DNA of 64,000 nucleotides from Candidatus Xenobia bacterium. Its GTDB lineage: Bacteria > Vulcanimicrobiota > Xenobia > Xenobiales > QWHO01. The DNA lies in NCBI GenBank assembly GCA_045863235.1, contig BTUM01000007.1, positions 76,286 to 140,285 of the forward strand. The letters are read 5' to 3'. The notes under the pieces are model-generated. The model did not search any database and was not told the origin of the DNA. It saw only the letters and a program-made list of their open reading frames with translations. Each line of letters starts with the position of its first letter. Position 1 is the stretch's first letter. A program made the position numbers and the translations under genes. This document shows positions 1-9,290 of this stretch, piece after piece.

Positions 1-23
1 CGAATCAGGTCCCCTCCGGTAAG

Positions 24-1763
24 ATGGTTGCAGGCCGCCAATCCGGCCCAGGTGGCCAGGGCGAGCCCGGCCCAGGTGCGGTTCATGACGACGCTTGTTC
101 TGCCCACGGTGAAAGTGGCCTTCACCAGACCCTGGCGCGGAGGGTCGACCTGGCCAGGAATTCCGGTCGCGTCGGTAAACCTGGCCGGGTGACCAGGGCG
201 CGAAGGCTACGGGAGATACTGGCGGGCAGCCAGTTGGAGTTCCTGCTGGAAGCCCACAACGCTCTCGCAGCGCGGATTGTGGAAGAGTCGGGCTTTGCCG
301 GGATCTGGGCCAGCGGATTGGCCCTTTCGTCCCAGTTTGGGGTGCGAGACTCCAATGAAGCGAGTTGGACGCAGGTGGTCGACATGGTCGAATTCATGGT
401 TGATGCCACCAGCATTCCCATCCTGCTCGACGGAGACACCGGTTACGGGAATTTCAACAATCTTCGTCGGCTCATTCGTAAGCTCGAGCAGCGCTCGGTG
501 GCCGGGGTGTGTATCGAGGACAAGCTGTTTCCCAAGAGCAACAGCCTGATGGGGGAGCACCATCAACTGTGCAGCCTGGATGAGTTCTGTGGAAAGATCA
601 AGGCGGGTAAGGACAGCCAGACAGACCCGGACTTTTGCCTGATCGCTCGAGTCGAGGCCCTGGTGGCTGGTCAGAGCCTGAGCGAGGCCCTGCTTCGTGC
701 TGAGGCGTATCGCCAGGCCGGAGCGGACGCCATCTTGATTCATTCTTGCCGGGCCCAGCCCGACGAAGTGCTTGCATTTGCTCGCGAGTGGGCCGGAAGA
801 GGCCCCCTGGTCATCGTTCCCACCCGCTACTCGAGCACCCCGGTCGAGGTGTTTCGCCGGGCCAACATTCAGCTGATCATCTGGGCCAACCATATGCTTC
901 GGGCCTCCATCGCGGCCATGCAGTCGGCTGCTGGTCGGATCAAGGCTGAGGAAAGCACCCTGCAGGTCGAGGATGAGATCGCACCACTATCGGAAGTGTT
1001 TCGACTTCAGGGTGCGGATGAGCTGGTGGCGGCTGAGAAGCTTTACCTCGGACGTCCTCTTCGGGCCGTGTTGCTGGCCGCCACTCGAGGCGAGATGAAC
1101 GGTCTGACCTCGGACAGACCCAAAGGGATGATCCCCATTGCCGGCAAGCCTCTGCTGAGTTGGACGGTGGACGCCCTCAAGGCCCTGGGGGCTCATCCCA
1201 TCACCGTGGTGGCCGGCTGGCAGCCGGACGCGGTGGATCTGCCGGGTGTGGAGCGGGTGGTGAACGATGCCCACGCCTCCAGCGGCGAATTGGGCTCGCT
1301 CGCCCAGGCCCGGGAGGCACTGAGCCACGATGTCCTGGTGCTGTACGGCGATCTGCTGCTTCGCAGCTACATCCTGCGTGAGCTTGCCGGGAGCACGGCC
1401 GAAGTCACGGTGGTGGTGGATTCCGACCTTGAGGGGCGCCGCAAGACGGGTCACCAGGACTACGCCCGCTGTGATCGGCCCGACGACCGCGGCGTCCTTC
1501 AACCCGTGGTGAGGCTCGTGGAGATCTCCGAGCGACCTCAGGAGGTCCACGGACGTTTCATCGGAGCGGCCAGCTTTCGAGCCGCCGGGGTCACCTGGCT
1601 GCGGGAGGCGCTGCTCGAGTTGCCTCCCAATCTTGGTCTGCCCGATCTCCTGAATCACCTGGTGGGGCGGGGCAATCCAGTGCGCGTGCTCTATATTCAC
1701 GGCCACTGGTTGGACGTCAATACCGTGGAGGATCTACCTCAGGCAGGCAGCTTCCTGGCATAA
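24..1763 (+). CDS. ppm: Phosphoenolpyruvate phosphomutase (N-terminal, ~300 aa) fused to a C-terminal MobA/LicC-like nucleotidyltransferase domain; likely makes and nucleotide-activates a phosphonate. True start is probably the GTG near 188.
   Basis: ICL/PEPM-superfamily sequence EAHNALAARIVEESGFAGIWASGLA...DTGYGNFNN with the PEP-mutase-specific EDKLFPKSNS (EDKX5NS). The C-terminal 250 aa begin GMIPIAGKPLLSW...VVAGWQ, typical of sugar-phosphate/phosphonate nucleotidyltransferases. Residues 1-55 are low-complexity and probably not translated. Confidence 0.8.
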   Translation: MVAGRQSGPGGQGEPGPGAVHDDACSAHGESGLHQTLARRVDLARNSGRVGKPGRVTRARRLREILAGSQLEFLLEAHNALAARIVEESGFAGIWASGLALSSQFGVRDSNEASWTQVVDMVEFMVDATSIPILLDGDTGYGNFNNLRRLIRKLEQRSVAGVCIEDKLFPKSNSLMGEHHQLCSLDEFCGKIKAGKDSQTDPDFCLIARVEALVAGQSLSEALLRAEAYRQAGADAILIHSCRAQPDEVLAFAREWAGRGPLVIVPTRYSSTPVEVFRRANIQLIIWANHMLRASIAAMQSAAGRIKAEESTLQVEDEIAPLSEVFRLQGADELVAAEKLYLGRPLRAVLLAATRGEMNGLTSDRPKGMIPIAGKPLLSWTVDALKALGAHPITVVAGWQPDAVDLPGVERVVNDAHASSGELGSLAQAREALSHDVLVLYGDLLLRSYILRELAGSTAEVTVVVDSDLEGRRKTGHQDYARCDRPDDRGVLQPVVRLVEISERPQEVHGRFIGAASFRAAGVTWLREALLELPPNLGLPDLLNHLVGRGNPVRVLYIHGHWLDVNTVEDLPQAGSFLA

Positions 1764-1817
1764 AAAAGCCCCCCGCGGAGCGGAGGGCCTTGTTGTTGAA
1801 CCGAGACCGAGCGAGTG

Positions 1818-3452
1818 TCAGCGAACGCCGATCATCAGCGCGGTTGGGAACTGCGAAGCGGCGTTGGGCCGGCCGTCCACGATTCCATGCATGACGGTCC
1901 GGTTGGGACAGAACTGACCCGAGGTGAGGTTGATCTGCAACATGTTGCCGGTGATGGTACCGTCAGCGTTGACGCTGAAACTGCCTCCCACCACCGCTCC
2001 CATGACCTCGCGGACCAGCGGGAACGGGAAGATGGGAGTAAACGTGTCAGCATACAGCTTGGTAAACTGGAGGTTGGTGATGACCCCTCCGAGCAGGTCG
2101 ACGTTGGTGATATCCATGTCGGCGAGCAGTGACCCGTCGCCGCCGCGCAGGCCTACGTAGCGGATCTGGTTGGGCAGGTCATCGTTGCTGGACGTCTCGG
2201 TGGGCAGAGGAGCAGCATAGAAGACAAACTGCTGAAAGCCGAACTGAGCAGGAGTGGCGACTGCGGTCAGCATGACGCTGCCGTCGCCGGCCATGGTGCC
2301 CGACAGGCTGAAGTCGGAGATGCCGGGAATCGTGATCGTTCCTGTCACGTCGCCGTTGACGGCCACGTTATAGGTCCCGGTCGCGGAGTTGCCCACCACG
2401 GTACCCGTGAGATTGCCGGCTCCGTCGAATACAAGGTCGCCCGCTTGAGCCCCGGAATTGGGAGTAAAGCCGATCACGCCCGAGCCAGAGACCTTGAACG
2501 GCCCGTTCAAGCTGGCGTTGCTGAGGCCTGTCTGGGCTTTCTGCAGCTTGGCCATGCCGACCATGTAGTCGGTGGTCGGAGGATCGCCTCCAAAGAAGGT
2601 GGTGTAGATGGCGTCACCTGCTGGCGTGACCGTGACTCGCCCGTCCCAATCGATGTCGGCGAGGCGATCGGTGATCATGTCGGCGTGAAAATTTCGGGCC
2701 GCGTCGATGGTGTAGGTACCGCCGGTGATGTTGTAGGTCGTGCTCAAGTAGGTAGCCGGCGGGCCGGCCAGCGTGCCAAACGGGTTGGATTTGAGGATCT
2801 GGCCCCCGGTGATGTTGCCATTGCCGTCCAGGGTCACATTGCCGCTGATGACCCCGCTGCCGACGGCGCCACTGGCGCCGGTGATGGTGTAAGCACCCAC
2901 AGCCAGGCCATTGGTGCCGGTCAGCTGGTCGAAGAAGTCAGGGTTGTTGATGGGAAAGGTTTCATTGGCAACCAGCTGGACGAACTGGGTAAAGGTTCCC
3001 ACGACGTTGGTGCCCTGGACAAACTGGACGACCAGGATGACCACGGTCGGATCGACATCTTCGATCAGGATCTGCGCCGCCAGAGGCAGGTCGGCAGTCT
3101 GGAGGAGCTGGGTTCCAGCCGCGTTGAAGCCGGTGACTCGCACGGCTGTGACCGTATTGGGGACCTGGCGGGGCTGGAGGTCGAGGTTGAGCTGGATGTC
3201 AGCCAGGTTGTTGGGTACGTTCCCCCCGTCGACGGCTCCGCCAGCGGCTGCCCCACCAGCGTTCCCTCCGGCGGCGTTCCCTCCAGCAGCGTTCCCTCCA
3301 GCGGCGTTCCCTCCGGCGGCCGCGCCACCATCATTGAACGTAAAGTCCCCCCCTGTGCCCCCACCGCTCACATCAGCGCCGCTGGTGCATCCGAAGGCGA
3401 TGAGCATCGTGAGGAAGATGAAAAGAAATGCAAATTGTCTGAGCTGAACCAA
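1818..3452 (-). CDS. Secreted lipoprotein with a (GGNAA)n low-complexity tract followed by a Gly/Thr-rich beta-rich domain; function unknown.
   Basis: TTG start at 3452 with GGAGGG 6 nt upstream. Signal peptide LRQFAFLFIFLTMLIAFGC has a lipobox (AFGC). The tract GGNAAGGNAAGGNAAGGNAGGAAAGG is encoded by 15-bp tandem repeats. The ORF part upstream of 3452 would overlap the divergent GT gene. Confidence 0.6.
   Translation of the reverse strand: MVQLRQFAFLFIFLTMLIAFGCTSGADVSGGGTGGDFTFNDGGAAAGGNAAGGNAAGGNAAGGNAGGAAAGGAVDGGNVPNNLADIQLNLDLQPRQVPNTVTAVRVTGFNAAGTQLLQTADLPLAAQILIEDVDPTVVILVVQFVQGTNVVGTFTQFVQLVANETFPINNPDFFDQLTGTNGLAVGAYTITGASGAVGSGVISGNVTLDGNGNITGGQILKSNPFGTLAGPPATYLSTTYNITGGTYTIDAARNFHADMITDRLADIDWDGRVTVTPAGDAIYTTFFGGDPPTTDYMVGMAKLQKAQTGLSNASLNGPFKVSGSGVIGFTPNSGAQAGDLVFDGAGNLTGTVVGNSATGTYNVAVNGDVTGTITIPGISDFSLSGTMAGDGSVMLTAVATPAQFGFQQFVFYAAPLPTETSSNDDLPNQIRYVGLRGGDGSLLADMDITNVDLLGGVITNLQFTKLYADTFTPIFPFPLVREVMGAVVGGSFSVNADGTITGNMLQINLTSGQFCPNRTVMHGIVDGRPNAASQFPTALMIGVR
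3258..3318. repeat. In-frame 15-bp tandem repeat (x4) inside the lipoprotein gene, encoding GGNAA units.
   Basis: cgttccctccRgcRg repeated four times. Confidence 0.8.
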
Positions 3453-3546
3453 AGTGGATCCCTCCCTTGTCGTGAAGCCGCCTGGTTCGCAGTGTGGACG
3501 GCAATCACCTGCAGGGGCCGATTCTCCCACGCCCGAACCTGGCCGG

Positions 3547-4563
3547 ATGCCGTGGCTGTTTTTCAGCAAGCTTGGCAATCCGGCCCTCGAGGAGCTGATC
3601 AGAGCCCTGCGAGGTCTGGGGCTTGCAGTCGAGGCCGTGCATCCAGGTCTCGCCTGGTCCCCCCTTTCGCGAGCGGTCCCGGTGCTGCCGGTCGGCCCTC
3701 GATGGCTTGCACAACTGCACGGGCCACTGCTCGAAGGACTGCGCCCCGAGGTCGTGGTCTACTCCTATCCTGACCAGGCACCGCTGGCGCGACGCTTCCC
3801 AGGCGCGAGCAAGGTTTACTACGTGCAAGACGATTTTCGAGCTTACAATTATCCGGACGCCCGGCTGCGAGCCTGGGAGGAAGAGCTCCTGCCGCGAATC
3901 GACTTGTTGGTGGTCGTCTCCGAGGCCCTGGCCGACTCGTATCGAGAGAGATACAAGTTTGAAGGCACGATTTTGGTTGCTCCACTGGCCGTCCCAGAGC
4001 GTTTCTTGCCGGCCGCTTGCCCCCCCCGCCTCTCTCGAGGCGGAAAAGTCGGGGTTCTCGGCCGGATCTCGAGCCGTCTGCGCCTGGGCTGGCTGCGACA
4101 GGCAGTGGAGCGGCTCAACTGGATGCGCCTCGAACTGGTTGGTGACGTGGAGGCCTCCGAGTTGATGGCCGAGGACCGCTACCACCTGCGCTACCTGCAG
4201 CAGTGCCCTCGCTGCCGGTTTTATGGTTGGAAGCCTTTCGCCCACCTGTTTGAGCGGGCTTCCCAGCTTGATCTGGCGCTCCTGCCGTACAGCCCTCGAA
4301 GTGTCAATCCCTGCGGCTCGGCCTATCGATTCTATATCCACCTTGCTTACGGGGCCCCCATGCTGGCCACCCCGGGCGTGGCTCAGCTTGAGGAGTATCA
4401 GCCTCTGGTTCAGATTTGCCGCAGCAGCGATGAGTTCTTGAGCAGGTTGGACGAGCTGGCCAGGCGGGGCTTTGATGACGGCCTCCATACGCAACGTTGG
4501 GAAGCCGCTCGGGCCAATACCTGGAGTCATCGGGCCCGGGCTCTACTGGAGGCTCTGGGGTAA
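3547..4563 (+). CDS. Putative GT-B fold glycosyltransferase (GT1/GT4-like).
   Basis: 339 aa from ATG 3547 (MPWLFFSKLG). Layout is a Rossmann-like N-terminal half and a C-terminal half (GKVGVLGRIS...ELVGDVE...LLPYSPRSVNPCGSA), as in GT4/GT1 enzymes. No signal peptide. Convergent with the minus-strand operon ending at 4585. Confidence 0.5.
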   Translation: MPWLFFSKLGNPALEELIRALRGLGLAVEAVHPGLAWSPLSRAVPVLPVGPRWLAQLHGPLLEGLRPEVVVYSYPDQAPLARRFPGASKVYYVQDDFRAYNYPDARLRAWEEELLPRIDLLVVVSEALADSYRERYKFEGTILVAPLAVPERFLPAACPPRLSRGGKVGVLGRISSRLRLGWLRQAVERLNWMRLELVGDVEASELMAEDRYHLRYLQQCPRCRFYGWKPFAHLFERASQLDLALLPYSPRSVNPCGSAYRFYIHLAYGAPMLATPGVAQLEEYQPLVQICRSSDEFLSRLDELARRGFDDGLHTQRWEAARANTWSHRARALLEALG

Positions 4564-4584
4564 GAATCGCCCGCCACCAGGACC

Positions 4585-5406
4585 TCAGGGTCGGGTCGGG
4601 AGGTCGCCCTGGCCTTGAGGGGCGCGCAGCCGCCAGGCCAGCACATCCAGCCAGCGGTGCAGCCAGTAGAATGCCCGCACCAGCGGGTCGGCAGCCATCG
4701 GGATCAGGTTGCTGACCTTGTTGCGCGTGCGCAGAAAAGGTACCGGGTCGGGCGAGCTGATGTCGAGGGCGTCCCGGGTCAAGGTAACCAGTCCGCGCTC
4801 CTGGGCATCGTAAAGCAACAGGCTCAGAAGGGCCTGCTCGAACTGGTGCACCGCCAGTCGAGCTCCCGGAGGGTTCTGGATGCAGCCATTGAGAGCCCAC
4901 TGCTTCCACCGCTCCGTCAGGGCTCGAACCCATTCGCGGCGGCCATCGAAAGCGCACACTCCGCTGGCCCGGGTGCGCAGGCGGGCCAGCTCAGGGTTCA
5001 CTCCCGTGAGCGTCAACGGCCCGGGAAGCACCCGAATGGGGCCACCCCCTCCAAACGGGGTATACACCCCCGTGCGCTCCACCTCCCGGGTGATCCGGTC
5101 GAGAGGGCCAAGTACGACGGTTGCTGAGTCCAGCCAGAGGACAGGCCCCTGATAGTGACTGACCAGGTCGGCCACGATGATAGGTTTCCAGGCGTAGGCG
5201 CCCCTTTCGAGTCGGACGTGATCCGGATATCGGTCAAAGGGAAAGACGCGCAACTCATAGCGTTCTGACAACCACCGGCGCTGTTGGGCCGTCATGCCCA
5301 GATCGTAGAGCACCAGTTGATCAGACAGGCCAGCGCGCTCGAGGCTGAGCAGGAACTGACGCAGCGACCGATAGTAGACCCGGTCAGCCCCCGAGACGAT
5401 CAGCAC
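4585..5406 (-). CDS. Putative nucleotide-diphospho-sugar (GT-A-like, DxD-type) transferase; last gene of the minus-strand operon.
   Basis: GTG start at 5406 overlaps the TGA of the upstream gene (GTGCTGA). The region VLIVSGADRVYY...YAWKPIIVADL...VLWLDSATVV resembles GT8/GT-A DxD transferases. The N-terminal 50 aa of the longer ORF call overlap the upstream gene and are rejected. Confidence 0.4.
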   Translation of the reverse strand: MLIVSGADRVYYRSLRQFLLSLERAGLSDQLVLYDLGMTAQQRRWLSERYELRVFPFDRYPDHVRLERGAYAWKPIIVADLVSHYQGPVLWLDSATVVLGPLDRITREVERTGVYTPFGGGGPIRVLPGPLTLTGVNPELARLRTRASGVCAFDGRREWVRALTERWKQWALNGCIQNPPGARLAVHQFEQALLSLLLYDAQERGLVTLTRDALDISSPDPVPFLRTRNKVSNLIPMAADPLVRAFYWLHRWLDVLAWRLRAPQGQGDLPTRP

Positions 5407-6083
5407 AGTCTGGGATGCAGAGCACGGGCGCGAGCCAGTTGCCTGGCATCGTCGATCTCGGCCCACAGCAGGTCCTGCACTAACGGGCACGCAATCGGGT
5501 GGGTGGGCGCGCACCCGACCATCCCGTGGCTTTCGTAGTGCTGGCCAGGTTGGCACAGGAGCTTGGAATAGAGATTCTGGCTCACCCGCGAGATACCGAC
5601 TAGCTCACCGGTCACGTTGCTCAGTCGGCTGCGGTCTTTTGACATCGATACCAGCCAGCCGTCGCGCGCCTCCACCCAGACTTCGTCGCCCGCCCCGGTG
5701 GGGCCGGACAGCAGCACGGCGTCTGGATGAGAGAGTTGGAGCAAGACCTCGAGCGCACGCCGCTCATAGATGAGGTCCGATTCGAGCAGCAGAAAGTCGC
5801 CGGTCAAGTGTTCGCGTGCCGCCGCGAGGCTCTGCAGACTGCCGGTGCTGGCATAGTCAGCGTTGTGAACCAGGCGCACCCCCTCCAGCTCCTGGTAAAA
5901 GGAGGCAAGATGGCCCGTGACCACCACCACCTCGGTAATGCCCACCGATCGCAGCCGCTCCAACGACTCCGCCACGATGGGTAGCTCCCCCAGGCGGAGG
6001 AATCCCTTCGGGTAAGGCAGGGGCCCCAGTCGAGTCCCTTGTCCGGCGGCCAGGATGCAGGCCAGGTTCGGCATGGTGCTCAC
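5400..6083 (-). CDS. LicC-like nucleotidyltransferase (cytidylyltransferase for phosphocholine or 2-aminoethylphosphonate type substrates).
   Basis: N-terminal ILAAGQGTRLGPLP is the G-x-G-T-R-L signature of the sugar/phosphoalcohol NTP-transferase family. Size is 227 aa. The start overlaps the ABC gene stop (ATGA). Confidence 0.7.
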   Translation of the reverse strand: MSTMPNLACILAAGQGTRLGPLPYPKGFLRLGELPIVAESLERLRSVGITEVVVVTGHLASFYQELEGVRLVHNADYASTGSLQSLAAAREHLTGDFLLLESDLIYERRALEVLLQLSHPDAVLLSGPTGAGDEVWVEARDGWLVSMSKDRSRLSNVTGELVGISRVSQNLYSKLLCQPGQHYESHGMVGCAPTHPIACPLVQDLLWAEIDDARQLARARALHPRLC

Positions 6084-7867
6084 GGCAGTCGGGCCAGCTG
6101 CTGAAACTGGGGACTGGAATAGAGCAGCTCCTGGTAGGTGCCCCTGGCTCGCACCTGGCCCTCTTCCAGCAGGTAGATCTGCTCACAGGCCTGCACTGTC
6201 GTGAGTCGATGAGCGATGACCAGCAGCGTCTTGGAGTGGACCAGTTCGGCCAGGGCCTCCAGGAACCAGCGCTCGGTCTGATTGTCGAGCGCACTGGTGG
6301 CTTCGTCCAGGATTAAGAGCTCGGGCTCGTGATAGAGGGCGCGGGCGATGCCGATGCGCTGGCGCTCGCCCCCGCTCAGGGCCACTCCGCGCTCGCCCAG
6401 GACCGCGTCGTAGCCCTCGGGTCGGGCGGCGATGAATTCGTGCAGATGGGCTGCCCGGGCAGCCCGCTCGACAGCCAGCTCGTCGATCTCCTCGTCTGCC
6501 AGGCCGAGGGCGATGTTGCGACGGATCGTGTCGTCGGCCAGGTAAACCTCCTGGGGGACGTAACCGATGCATTGATGCCAACGTGTCAGGTCCTCGGGTC
6601 GCAGCGGTTGCCCGTCGACGAGCAAGGTGCCCTCTCCCGGCGTCAATAGCCCGGCCACCAGGTCGGCCACGGTGGTCTTACCCGAGCCGGTTCGACCCAC
6701 CAGGGCCACCGAGCTGTGTCGGGGAATGGTCAGGTCGAGGTCGTGCACAGCGGGAGCGACGGCCCCCGGGTAGGTGAATGCGACGCGGCGGAGCTCGATG
6801 GCTCGGGTGAAGGGCAGGGGGGGGTCCCCTTCTGCGGGCGTCAGGGGCTCGGGGTCGGCCAGCTCGCGGTAGATTTCCTCCACCAGGGGAAGCCGGAACT
6901 GCAGGTCCACCAGGTCGTCATAAAGGCACTGCAGGCACGGCACGAGCCGCCATGTGGCCATGACGTAGGCCCCCACCAGGGGAAGGGCCGCGCGACTGGC
7001 CTGGGTGATGCAGAGGTATACAAGAACGGTGACGATAGCAGCCAGGGCCAGAATTTCGGTGCAGGGCCGGGCGACCTCGCCCAGTGTCAGTCGGTGGAGG
7101 AGCAGCCTGTTCTCGCGCTCAAAGGCGCGTCGGTAGCTCTCCAGGAAGTGGCGCCTGCGAGGCAGGGCTTTGGCCTCCCGCAGGGCCGACAGACTCTCTG
7201 CCGCGATCTTTGCCCGCTGGTATCCTGCCTTGTGGCACTCGTTGCCCAATCGGTCCAGATTTCGGTTGAAAAATCGGTAGATGGCCATGAACAGCATGCT
7301 CAGGACCAGACCGGTGGTCAAAGCCACCCGATAGTCGAGCCAGAGCAGCCCGGCACAGAGAAACAGCGAGGTCATGGCTCGCATTGCCATGGTAGCCAGG
7401 GTTCGTACCACTTTGTGGACCAGCTCATCTACCTGCTGCAGTACCACCCTCGTCAACCGACTTGTGTTCTGACCAAGATGCCAGACATGCGGACGGTGAA
7501 GGTAGCGGCGCAGCAGATTGAGCGACAGGTCGGAGCTGACCTCGGTGGTCAAACGGTAGATGAACCACCAGGTCAGCGTGTTGAGAAAGCTGGTCAGAGC
7601 GAAAAGGGTCAGGAACAAGACTCCCAGCAGGGCAAAGAAGCTCTCGAAGCTGGCGCAACCCGACCAGGTGTAGAAGCGGTTCAGCGTAGCGTTCTGTTGG
7701 ACTAAATCCGGGTCGGCGGCTACTGCGAGCAGGGGCACCAGGCCGGCCACTCCCGACAATTCAGTGCTTGCGTTGACAAGGGTGCACAGGCCAAGACTGA
7801 GGGCTTTGCGGCGCGCGGCGGGAGAAAGAATGGCTCGAACCATTCGGAATGCTTCAAACACCGCCAT
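6080..7867 (-). CDS. ABC exporter, fused 6-TM permease and ATPase (MsbA/type-I exporter-like).
   Basis: Six predicted TM helices in the N-terminal half. Walker A GRTGSGKTT, ABC signature LSGGERQRIGIARAL, Walker B LLILDEATSALD. Confidence 0.85.
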   Translation of the reverse strand: MAVFEAFRMVRAILSPAARRKALSLGLCTLVNASTELSGVAGLVPLLAVAADPDLVQQNATLNRFYTWSGCASFESFFALLGVLFLTLFALTSFLNTLTWWFIYRLTTEVSSDLSLNLLRRYLHRPHVWHLGQNTSRLTRVVLQQVDELVHKVVRTLATMAMRAMTSLFLCAGLLWLDYRVALTTGLVLSMLFMAIYRFFNRNLDRLGNECHKAGYQRAKIAAESLSALREAKALPRRRHFLESYRRAFERENRLLLHRLTLGEVARPCTEILALAAIVTVLVYLCITQASRAALPLVGAYVMATWRLVPCLQCLYDDLVDLQFRLPLVEEIYRELADPEPLTPAEGDPPLPFTRAIELRRVAFTYPGAVAPAVHDLDLTIPRHSSVALVGRTGSGKTTVADLVAGLLTPGEGTLLVDGQPLRPEDLTRWHQCIGYVPQEVYLADDTIRRNIALGLADEEIDELAVERAARAAHLHEFIAARPEGYDAVLGERGVALSGGERQRIGIARALYHEPELLILDEATSALDNQTERWFLEALAELVHSKTLLVIAHRLTTVQACEQIYLLEEGQVRARGTYQELLYSSPQFQQLARLP

Positions 7868-7908
7868 GATCGCGCGAGGTTCGACGCGGAAGGGGCGATT
7901 CCGCCTCG

Positions 7909-8514
7909 TCAGTTTCGCTGGCGGACGAAGTAGCCCGTGGCCCGGTCACGCACGGCGTCCGAGCCCAGGTATCCATAGTGGTGCTCGAGCAGCTCCCGGG
8001 GCCGGGCAGGTAGCCACGTTTCCTGGCCCAGGAAGGTTGCGCTCTGCAAGGGGAAAACGAACTCGTCGGGAATCTTGGAGCGCTCGCCCGGAAAGGTGCC
8101 TCGCTCGAGGGGGAGGAGCCAGCTCTGCTCGGCTCGGTAGAAATAGAGGTCGGCTTCCCATCCGTCCCACTCGACGTAGAGCTTGGGGCCGAGGTGTCGC
8201 GCGCTGGTGTCCTGGAGCCGAAAGCCCGGCGGAAGACGAGAAGCGGCCTTCTTCACACGGGTGTAGTCCGACTCACGCAGTCCGAAGTCGACATCCACGT
8301 CGCCTCTGATGATCTGGCCTTCTCGATGCTGGCCGAGCAGAGTGCCGAAGGCCAGCCAGTAGTCCACCCCCGTCTCGCGCAGGAAGGCGTTGGTGGTGAC
8401 GAACAGTCGGCCCAGCTGCCGGGCCACCGCCTCACGGTGGCTTGCCCCGAGCAGGAGGGGGTTGTAGCGGACGTGGCGCCAGAGCAGCCTGGCGGTTCGT
8501 GGCAGCCTGATCAT
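7909..8514 (-). CDS. LicD-family phosphotransferase (transfers a phosphocholine or phosphonate head group from a CDP/CMP-activated donor to a glycan).
   Basis: YWLAFGTLLGQHREGQIIRGDVDVDFGL matches the LicD GTLLGAxR...DDDID core. Size is 201 aa. Its start ATG overlaps the stop of the PhyH gene (ATGA). Confidence 0.7.
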   Translation of the reverse strand: MIRLPRTARLLWRHVRYNPLLLGASHREAVARQLGRLFVTTNAFLRETGVDYWLAFGTLLGQHREGQIIRGDVDVDFGLRESDYTRVKKAASRLPPGFRLQDTSARHLGPKLYVEWDGWEADLYFYRAEQSWLLPLERGTFPGERSKIPDEFVFPLQSATFLGQETWLPARPRELLEHHYGYLGSDAVRDRATGYFVRQRN

Positions 8515-9290
8515 ACCCGGTAGCGATAGGTCCTGCCCGGCTCGCGCTCGCAGTCAGGAGGATAGCTCTTGCGCTTGGCAGCAAAGTATTCTTCGCGCCG
8601 ATCCCCCTCGCGACGCAGGCCGTAGGTGATGTACAGGATGCGCCGTGCCTGCGAGCTGTCGTTGGGACCCGACCGGTGGGGCACGAACGAGTCGAAGAAG
8701 ATGGTATCTCCCGGGGCCGCTTCCAGAGGCTGAAACTCGAGCCCCAACTCGCTCAGGGGCTCGTGCATCGGCCCGAGCAATCCTTCGCGGTGGCGCCCCG
8801 GGACGACTTCCAGGCAACCATTGCCCGGGGTGGCTCGATCGATGGCCACCATGGCCGTCAGGTGGATCGAGCCCCAGGCGTCCCAACCGGCCTGAACGTC
8901 CTGGTGGGGGGCAAAGCCGTCCCCTCCGGGAAGCTTGAAGTTCAACTTGTCCTTAAACAAGACCAGGCTCTCGCCCATGAGTTGCTCGGCGGTTTCGAGC
9001 AGCGCGCCCGTGCAGAGCTCCCGCAGATCGGGGTGGTAGGGAAGGAAGTTTTCGGCCCGGCAGAGCAAGCGTTGGTGGGGAATTCTTCGGTGAGGCTCGT
9101 AGTAGAGCATCCATTTGCCCTGGGTCTCGGGCCAGCTCTCCAACTCACCCACCCACTCTCGCAGAGGCTCGGCAGGCAAGAATCCGCTCAGGTGAAGGTA
9201 GCCGTCTCGTCGGTAATGCTCGACCTGATCAGGGGTCAGACTCACGGCTGGAGGTTTGACGCGCCTGGGCATTTCCTGCCAGGCGCTCAT
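8511..9290 (-). CDS. PhyH-family Fe(II)/2-oxoglutarate dioxygenase (PhnY*-like hydroxylase class).
   Basis: HxD...H...R arrangement: FAPHQDVQAGW and later FFDSFVPHRSGPNDSSQARR. About 250 aa. The start codon is uncertain because the first 60 nt overlap the PAP2 gene 3' end. Confidence 0.7.
   Translation of the reverse strand: MSAWQEMPRRVKPPAVSLTPDQVEHYRRDGYLHLSGFLPAEPLREWVGELESWPETQGKWMLYYEPHRRIPHQRLLCRAENFLPYHPDLRELCTGALLETAEQLMGESLVLFKDKLNFKLPGGDGFAPHQDVQAGWDAWGSIHLTAMVAIDRATPGNGCLEVVPGRHREGLLGPMHEPLSELGLEFQPLEAAPGDTIFFDSFVPHRSGPNDSSQARRILYITYGLRREGDRREEYFAAKRKSYPPDCEREPGRTYRYRV

Noticed and set aside
24-187. N-terminal 55 codons of the PEP mutase ORF (MVAGRQSGPGGQGEPGPG...)
   Set aside because: Low-complexity Gly/Pro/Arg translation with no counterpart in PEP mutases. 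Homology begins ~10 aa after the GTG at 188. The frame is open to the window edge, so an even longer N-terminus cannot be strictly excluded.
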